From a bacterium (lineage in GTDB: Bacteria; Patescibacteriota; Gracilibacteria; UM-FILTER-43-11), in assembly GCA_030427295.1 (NCBI GenBank), contig JAUHWS010000002.1:1-55094 (forward strand): a stretch of 55,094 nucleotides of DNA. The letters run 5' to 3'. The position numbers and the translations under genes are program-made. The notes below the pieces were generated by a model. It ran no database searches. It worked only from the letters and a program-made list of their open reading frames with translations, and was not told where the DNA came from. Positions 19,395 to 26,600 of the stretch are shown here, in pieces (position 1 is the stretch's first letter; each line of letters begins with the position of its first letter).

Positions 19395-19436
19395 TCTATA
19401 CCGAATTTACCCCCCTTTCACAAAGGGGTCGGGGGA

Positions 19437-20108
19437 TCAACCCAAAAGCTCATTCACCATGTCCACACTCGCTTCGGACAAACTCTCAAGGATCACATCT
19501 GCCCCTGCTTTTTCTAAATCTTCTTTGGATTCCAATCCTGTTGTCACCCCAATCACTCGCATGCCAGCTCCTTTGGCAGAGGAAATCCCGGGTGTGGAAT
19601 CTTCGAAAGTGAGACAGTTTTTGGAGTCTAACCCAAAATAATCGACGGTCGAGGCGTAGATTTCGGGGTGGGGTTTGGAGAACTGAAGGTGATCGATGCC
19701 TGTGAGCTTGGAAAAGTAATGGAGCAATCCTGCTTCGGCAAGTGTTTGTTCAATGATGCTATCAGGATTGTTTGACACGCAGGCCATGAATTCAAAATGT
19801 TCGGCCATCAAACTGACGGTCTCTTTGGCATGCGGGAGCAGAGGGATGCCTGCGCTCATCTTTCGCTCGCGGTAGACCTGAAGGACTTCATTTTGCTGTG
19901 CTTGAGTTAACTTGGCCTCGGGCCACAGGGTCGCCATGCGCTCTTCGCCACTGAGAGCCATGAGCTGTTTTTGTTGGCGAAACTCCTCTGTAGGCAAGTT
20001 CAAGATTTCTTCGACCGTGTCATAAAAGAGTTTGTTGGCAATCGCCATGGAGGAGATGAGGACGCCGTCGAGGTCGAAGCAAATGAGGTGATCTTTTGAT
20101 TGATTCAT
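19437..20108 (-). CDS. HAD-superfamily hydrolase (beta-phosphoglucomutase-like subfamily)
   Basis: Motif I CFDLDGVL and motif IV-like FEDSTPGISSAKGAGM. Confidence 0.8.
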   Translation of the reverse strand: MNQSKDHLICFDLDGVLISSMAIANKLFYDTVEEILNLPTEEFRQQKQLMALSGEERMATLWPEAKLTQAQQNEVLQVYRERKMSAGIPLLPHAKETVSLMAEHFEFMACVSNNPDSIIEQTLAEAGLLHYFSKLTGIDHLQFSKPHPEIYASTVDYFGLDSKNCLTFEDSTPGISSAKGAGMRVIGVTTGLESKEDLEKAGADVILESLSEASVDMVNELLG

Positions 20109-20120
20109 TTAAAGAGGGTT

Positions 20121-20220
20121 TGTGGGGGTTTAGCTGGTAAGTGTTTAGCTGGTAAGTGTTTAACTTTTGTGAGTCATTGCCTTACCTAACCAGCTACAAG
20201 TGAAACACTTAAACACCCCA
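20121..20220. repeat. Long imperfect hairpin built from a tandem ~15-nt word
   Basis: The left arm has GTTTAGCTGGTAAGT twice. The right arm CCTTACCTAACCAGCTACAAGTGAAACACTTAAACACCCC is its imperfect complement. It lies 3' of the zinc-ribbon gene. Confidence 0.7.
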
Positions 20221-20224
20221 TTAA

Positions 20225-20461
20225 TTAATCAGTTTTGGAGTCTGCTGATTTGGATTCTGCCGAGTCGCTCTTAGATTCAGTCGAGGCGCCTTTGGAATCG
20301 GTGATATAAAACCCTGATCCTTTAAATTGAACCCCAGGCGCTTCTAAAACTTTCTGAGAGGGGTGACCACATTCCAAACATTTTTGATCGGGATGGCCGA
20401 CCGGAAGGAGTTTTTGGAACTTGTGGCCGCAGTCGAGGCATTTAAAGTTGTAGTTGGGCAT
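20225..20461 (-). CDS. FmdB-family zinc-ribbon protein
   Basis: MPNYNFKCLDCGHKF...CLECGH, i.e. two CxxC pairs, with a low-complexity Ser/Lys tail. Confidence 0.8.
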   Translation of the reverse strand: MPNYNFKCLDCGHKFQKLLPVGHPDQKCLECGHPSQKVLEAPGVQFKGSGFYITDSKGASTESKSDSAESKSADSKTD

Positions 20462-20604
20462 GGATCAAATTATTAGTGACGAATGTCGAATGACACATTT
20501 AATGGTGAGTTGATTTTAGCACATTTGTTGCAGTTCTTCACATACTTATCTAAAATGGAGGTAGGCGATTATACTCGTAATAAATAATAAGTAATAAATA
20601 ATCG

Positions 20605-23268
20605 ATGTTAGACAAGCAGTACGACGCGAAAAAATATGAGGATGGGATCTATAAAATGTGGGAGGAATCTGGGGCATTTAAAGCCGATGTGAATTCTGAA
20701 AAAGAGGCATTTACGATTTCCATGCCACCTCCTAACGCCACTGGAACTCTGCACTTGGGTCATGCGGTGATGCTAGCGTTGGAGGATATCATGATCCGCC
20801 ATCGGCGCATGAAGGGTTATGAAGCTTTGTATTTGCCCGGGACCGACCATGCAGCGATTGCCACCGAGAATGTGGTGATCCGTAAAATCAAGGAGGAGAA
20901 AAAAATCAAAGACCCTCGCACTTTGGGTCGAGAAGCAGTCATTCAAGAGATCAAGGACTTCGTTGCCAATAGTCAAAATACCATCCGTAGCCAGGTGCGA
21001 AAAATGGGAACCAGTTGTGATTGGAGTCGAGAGCGATATACGATGGATGAGATGCTAAATCGCTGCGTGAATGAGGTGTTTGTGAAGATGTACAAAGATG
21101 GCTTGATCTACCGTGGTCATCGGATTGTCAACTGGGACCCCAACCTAAAAACCAATGTGTCAGATGATGAGATGGATTATGTGGAGAAGAAGGATTCGTT
21201 TTATTGGTTTAAATATGGACCGTTTACCATTGGAACGGTGCGACCCGAAACGAAGTTTGGGGATAAATATGTGGTCGTGCATCCAGACGATGAGCGCTAT
21301 CAGCAATATGAACATGGCGAGACCTTTGAATGTGAATGGATCAACGGGCCCATCACGGCGACGATTATTAAAGATAAGGCGGCCGATCCAGAATTTGGCA
21401 CAGGTGCCATGACGATTACCCCTTGGCACTCGGCTGTCGACTTTGAGATCGCTGAGCGTCACAATTTAGACAAAGAACAGATCATTGATTTAGAAGGTAA
21501 TTTGTTGTCCGTCGCTGACGAATTTGCAGGCATGCCCATCACTGAGGCTCGGGAGAAGATTGTGGAAAAATTGGATAAAAAAGGATTATTGGTCAAGGTG
21601 GAAGAAAATTATGTGCATAAAGTGGCCATCAACAGCCGTGGAAAAGGCATGATTGAACCTCAAATTAGGGAGCAGTGGTTCATCGATGTGAACAAAAAAG
21701 TTGTTCAATGGAAAGGGGTGACCCGCAGCCTCAAAGAGGTGATGCAGGAGGTGGTGCGCAGTGAGGAGATTAAAATTTTACCCGAGCGCTTTGATAAGAT
21801 TTATTTCAACTGGATCGATAACTTGAGGGACTGGTGTATCAGTCGGCAGATTTGGTGGGGGCATCAGATTCCTGTGTGGTACAAAACGGAGGGAGACAGT
21901 ACCGACATGCACGTGGGCGTGCAAGCCCCAGAGGGTGAGGGGTGGGAACGCGATCCGGACACCTTGGACACCTGGTTTAGCTCGGGGTCCTGGACCTGGA
22001 GCACCTTGATCGACCCCAATTTGGCGGATGACTACTCGCTCTCGCTTGAAGACATGCTTGAAAATAGCCCTGATTTTCAGAAATTCCATCCCACTCAAGT
22101 GCTTGAAACAGGTTATGACATTCTGTTTTTCTGGGTGGCCCGCATGATTTTGATGACGACTTATACGGTTGGAACCATTCCTTTTGACACGGTTTATTTA
22201 CATGGATTGATCCGAACGCGCGAAGGCAAAAAAATGAGTAAGTCGGATCCTAAAACCTGTATTGACCCCTTGGAGGTGATCGAAAAATACGGAGCGGATG
22301 CGCTGCGGATGAGCATGGTGATCGGGAGTAGCCCGGGGAATGACTCGCGGCTTTATGATGAAAAGATCAAAGGCTATCGAAATTTCACGAACAAATTGTG
22401 GAATGCCAGTCGTTTTGTGCTGGGAATTTTTGAAGAAAATGGCATCGCTGAAGCGCCAAAACTGGATCTGAAAAACCTTTCGGATGCGGATCAGTGGATT
22501 TTGGATAAGTTGAATAAAGTTGTTGTCGAAACCGACAACAGTTTGATGGAGTATAAAATTGGTGAAGCTGGGCAACTGCTTTATGACTTTGTCTGGAATG
22601 AGTTTTGTGATTGGTATTTGGAACTTTCGAAGGGTGAGAAACAGAACTTGGGAGTGCTCTATCACTGCCTTAAAACGATTTTGATCCTGCTACATCCCAT
22701 CACGCCGTTTGTGACGGAGCAGATTTGGAGTCAATTGCCAGGCGCGGAGGGCATGTTGATTCAGGCTGACTTCCCTACTCCATTGGAGGGTCAATTTGAC
22801 GGCAGTGCCGTTGAACTGACGATTGGAATTGTGTCTGCCATCCGAAGTATGCGCGCTGAAAACCAAATTGAAGCGGCTCAAAAAATTCCAGTCACTATCT
22901 TTGCCTATGACCATTTTGAAACCGTGGATCGCAATAAGCCTGATATCATAAGGCTGGCTCGACTCAGCGCCTTGAGCTTATATGGAACCGATGAGGAGAA
23001 GAAGTTGTCTGGAGCGGCTGCTGATGTGGTCAATGGTATGGAGATTTACATTCCCCTGGAAGGCTTGGTGGATACCGAGAAGGAAAAGGAGCGTCTGCAA
23101 AAGGAAATTGCTAATTTGACGAAATACATTGCTGGATTGACAGGGAAATTATCGAACAAAAAATTTGTTCAAAATGCGCCGGAAGCCATTGTAGAAGCTG
23201 AGAAAAATAAATTAGAGGAAGCCGAGGAGAAATTGGGGAAAATGGAGGAGCAATTGAAAAATTTGTAG
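20605..23268 (+). CDS. valS: Valine--tRNA ligase
   Basis: 887 aa. HIGH-type motif TGTLHLGHA, KMSKS motif, C-terminal coiled coil. Confidence 0.96.
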   Translation: MLDKQYDAKKYEDGIYKMWEESGAFKADVNSEKEAFTISMPPPNATGTLHLGHAVMLALEDIMIRHRRMKGYEALYLPGTDHAAIATENVVIRKIKEEKKIKDPRTLGREAVIQEIKDFVANSQNTIRSQVRKMGTSCDWSRERYTMDEMLNRCVNEVFVKMYKDGLIYRGHRIVNWDPNLKTNVSDDEMDYVEKKDSFYWFKYGPFTIGTVRPETKFGDKYVVVHPDDERYQQYEHGETFECEWINGPITATIIKDKAADPEFGTGAMTITPWHSAVDFEIAERHNLDKEQIIDLEGNLLSVADEFAGMPITEAREKIVEKLDKKGLLVKVEENYVHKVAINSRGKGMIEPQIREQWFIDVNKKVVQWKGVTRSLKEVMQEVVRSEEIKILPERFDKIYFNWIDNLRDWCISRQIWWGHQIPVWYKTEGDSTDMHVGVQAPEGEGWERDPDTLDTWFSSGSWTWSTLIDPNLADDYSLSLEDMLENSPDFQKFHPTQVLETGYDILFFWVARMILMTTYTVGTIPFDTVYLHGLIRTREGKKMSKSDPKTCIDPLEVIEKYGADALRMSMVIGSSPGNDSRLYDEKIKGYRNFTNKLWNASRFVLGIFEENGIAEAPKLDLKNLSDADQWILDKLNKVVVETDNSLMEYKIGEAGQLLYDFVWNEFCDWYLELSKGEKQNLGVLYHCLKTILILLHPITPFVTEQIWSQLPGAEGMLIQADFPTPLEGQFDGSAVELTIGIVSAIRSMRAENQIEAAQKIPVTIFAYDHFETVDRNKPDIIRLARLSALSLYGTDEEKKLSGAAADVVNGMEIYIPLEGLVDTEKEKERLQKEIANLTKYIAGLTGKLSNKKFVQNAPEAIVEAEKNKLEEAEEKLGKMEEQLKNL

Positions 23269-23296
23269 AGGCCTCAAAATTTTGTATCCTCTGAAC

Positions 23297-23343
23297 GGGT
23301 TCAAAAAACGAGTCAAACTCCTTGTTTTTGAGCCCTTTTTTTG
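23297..23343 (+). terminator. Probable terminator after valS
   Basis: Imperfect stem GGGTTCAAAAAACGAG / CTCCTTGTTTTTGAGCCC followed by a T-run (23337-23343). Confidence 0.5.
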
Positions 23344-23350
23344 GTATAAT
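23322..23350 (+). promoter_or_regulatory. Sigma-70-like promoter with extended -10 for the small-protein/giant-protein pair
   Basis: TTGTTT (23322-23327), 17-bp spacer, TGgTATAAT (-10 hexamer at 23345-23350), 22 bp upstream of the ATG at 23373. Confidence 0.5.
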
Positions 23351-23372
23351 AATAAGATTTAATCTTATCAAA

Positions 23373-23621
23373 ATGTTCGAAGGCGCTCAGGCCAGCATCA
23401 TCGCTTACACGGAAGACCGGAAAAAAGCTCAAAGGCGTTATCAAGCCGCAGTAAAACAGGCTGCTTTTTTGGATGAGCAACAGAAACTCAATTGGTCGAC
23501 CATGGGCATGAGTTTACCCACGGAGCAACTGGAGCATGTTTGCCAAATGATTGTGGAAGAAAATCTCAAAAATCGTAAAACAAAAGGGGCTTTGGAAGTC
23601 CTCAAAACTAAAAATAAATAA
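23373..23621 (+). CDS. Small protein (82 aa), paralogue of the 16061-16450 product
   Basis: The ATG at 23373 is in frame with the tracked ORF 23322-23621. Shares the W...LP..EQL motif. Its stop lies 4 bp before the giant ORF's ATG. Confidence 0.6.
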   Translation: MFEGAQASIIAYTEDRKKAQRRYQAAVKQAAFLDEQQKLNWSTMGMSLPTEQLEHVCQMIVEENLKNRKTKGALEVLKTKNK

Positions 23622-23625
23622 ATTT

Positions 23626-26600
23626 ATGGCCCCACCAGGCTCTCGTCCAACATCACCGGAACTGGCCGAAGCCCTTAAAAAGCAGCGAGAAGGGTTGAGT
23701 GTTTCTGAGCTCGATAAACGAGCGGAGCAACTCTCGAAGGCTTCGAATGATGCCAGTGAAATCATGGCCATTCGGGGAGAAGTAGCGCCTGAAGAACAAC
23801 GGGCCCGGCTGAATAATTTGAAAACTAATTTGACGAGCCTGGTCGCCAAGATGGTATTACGTAACGTTAGGGTTGATGGTTTGGTTGCTCATCCAGAAAA
23901 TTTTGCCACCTTGTCACTCGGGCTTAAGTTGGACCGTCGTGCGGAAGAAGCCAGCATCTCAAAAATCACGGAACTCCTGGAGGGAACGGGCTTGACCTGT
24001 GAAGAAGTTCAAGATCCAGCGTTTTGGAACTCAATCATTCGTGATGGAAAACAAGTAGCAGAGATCATCCGCAAAGACGCTGAGTCGAAAAGCTCTAAAA
24101 ATACTATGGAGGCCATCAAGCAATTTGCCAAAAAAAATCCCGTAGCAGCTGCATTAGCCGGAGCGGGTGTGGCGATTGCAGGAGGGATGTTTTTATCTTT
24201 CCTCACCACGGAGATGAAAGACTTGTTCAGAAGTGAGAAGGGAGCGAATTGGAAAACGCGAGGAGGTCTGATGGGAACAGCTGGATTCTTAGCCCTGTGT
24301 CTTTTGAAGGGCCCCGAGTTTATGGAGTGGTATGAAAAATTAGAGATGACCCAAGAGGCCAAAGAAGATGTGGAACGCGCCGTGAAAGATGGAACGGGGA
24401 AGGTTAAGGAAGAAACCCGGCGAGCCATTGAAGCCGGTGGTGAAAAAGCGGTGGAGGCCTTTGAGGGGATGGGGGTGGATATGGAGACGACGATTGAAGC
24501 TGATAAGGAGCATCCACCAAGCACCCTAACGTTTTCTGAAAAAGACAAGGAGAAAGCTAAGTATGAAATGGCCACTTCGGCCTTCTTGAGATTGTATTTT
24601 TTTGAACGAGATTTTGGCCCTGATGAACGACGAACCTTTAAGCAAACGATCAATGACTTGTCGGATGTCCCCTTCTCTAAAATCAAATCAGTTTACGAAG
24701 CTAACCAATCAAATCAAAAGGTAAATCCATCTGAGCTGCCGGGGTTATCAGCAGATATTTCGGATGAATTGCTTTTCTCATTACTGGAAGGCTTGGTTAA
24801 GATGTCTATTTTGACTGAGGCGGAGCAGAATCCTGAAATAAGTGTTTATGCCTTATTTGTGAGTGCCGGTAAGCATCCTGCCCTTGACCAACTGGATGGC
24901 CTGAATGGTGAGCTGGTGGATAAATTAAAAAATTTAGATTTTAAAGGGGCCATTGATGTGATTGGTTCTCAATCTGTCAATTTAGCTGAAAATGTGGTTG
25001 AGTTTGGAGGTAAATTAGAATCCCAGCTGGATATCAACATCGATCATTTGAGTGGGGAAGAAAAAAAAGCGTACCGTGAAATTCAGGCTTTACTATTGAC
25101 TAGTAGTCAGGTGTCACAAAATCCAAAGGAAGCGGTGACTAATGTAATCAAGCCTCACCAGCAGTATCAATCCTTTCCGGAATCAATCTCCATGGCGGAA
25201 GTCTTTTTTGAAAAAATTAAAGCTAAAACACCCCCCATTCTAGACAAGGTTTATCAACATTTTGCCTTGGATGATTCAGGTCCGCTTCGTCGCGGAGTGA
25301 AGATTGAAACGCTGAGTTTCGCTTCAGCTTGTGAATTGATTGCTCTGGAAGCCTCTTTTGAAAATAGTTCTGAAACGTTGACTAGTTTGGCTCTTTTGAA
25401 TGCGGTATTGAGAGCTTTTGATAATTTGAATGATAAGAACAGCTACGTTGGTAAATTATCAGCCGAAGTACTCACCAAAGAAGTGAGTAAAATAAAACTA
25501 CCAGGACTTCAAAAAGTGAAGGCTCAATTTGATAAAATGGCTCCTTTAGCGGGTAATGCCTTGTGGAATTGGCTGAAGGACTACGTTCAAATTGGCTATG
25601 CCTTCTCTGAAGACAATCCTACGGATTTATCAGGGGCTGAATTTGCGGAACAAGCAACCCAAGCGCCCACTATTTCGTTTGGACGTGAGGCTGTGGGAGC
25701 CAGTTTAGAAATTGCTGGAGATAGTCTGGCTAGCATTGTTTTAACTTTAGGCCTAGAGGATTGGATCGGCAGCTGTAAAACCGGTGAAGATTTCTTAGAA
25801 ATGATTCGGGTCAATGGAGGGAATGTTGCTGTCACTGAAAATCGAGATGGAGCCTTGGAAGTGATCATTGAGGCCGGAGGGAAAATTTTCTTCGCTCGAC
25901 CCGGTAAAATCATCGGTCAAAGTTTGTACAATGGAAGCTTAGCCGGTGGCCGACTGGGAGATGGCGTGAAGATTTGGGCTGTGGGCTCAGCTCCATTTGT
26001 CGTTTATGGCGCTGCTAAAGGCTTTTTTAGAACGGTGACGGTGCCTGGTGGGCGTATCAGATTGGCCCCCATTTCTCGTATAGCCAACAGTATTACTGGA
26101 GGCTTAAAAGGTATGACTTACCCTGCTGTAGCCGGCTACAAAGGAGTTCGGGCGGTTGGTCGCGTGGTACGTGGCGTCTCGACACCACGACAAAACTTAC
26201 GCTATCTAGGAGAAAAAATCGCTCAAAAACCTCGCCGTGTTTACAATTGGGGAAGGGACATTGTGCGTTACAGAAATAGACCATTTCAAAATGTGGATAA
26301 CTTGGCCACGTCTTATCGCATGTTAAAACGTCACTATGAGGCGGTTAAGGATTTGCCTATCAAATCAGCGGGGGCCATGCACGACCAATGGCAAATTACC
26401 CGAGACATCAGGCAGGGGTGGGCGAGCATTCGTACGGACGCTGAAGATATTCGCCATGCTTTGACACGTCAGGTTACACTTCCAGACACTTTGAGGAACC
26501 GTACCTTGATCCATCAGACAAAAAAATTGGCTTGGGAAACGGGTAAAAAACTCAACAGCTATTTTCTGTATGAAAAAGGTGAGGGTCATTTGATGGCCAA

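Noticed and set aside
23551-23625. Longest-ORF start of the giant gene at 23551
   Set aside because: It would overlap the 3' end of the upstream small gene by 71 nt. The ATG at 23626 lies 4 bp after that gene's stop and gives a plausible N-terminus.
24009-24686. 225-aa ORF antisense to the giant gene (and similar antisense ORFs at 7214-7867 in uvrA and 22198-22665 in valS)
   Set aside because: These are shadow ORFs on the opposite strand of long, well-supported genes. They have no motifs and biased composition.
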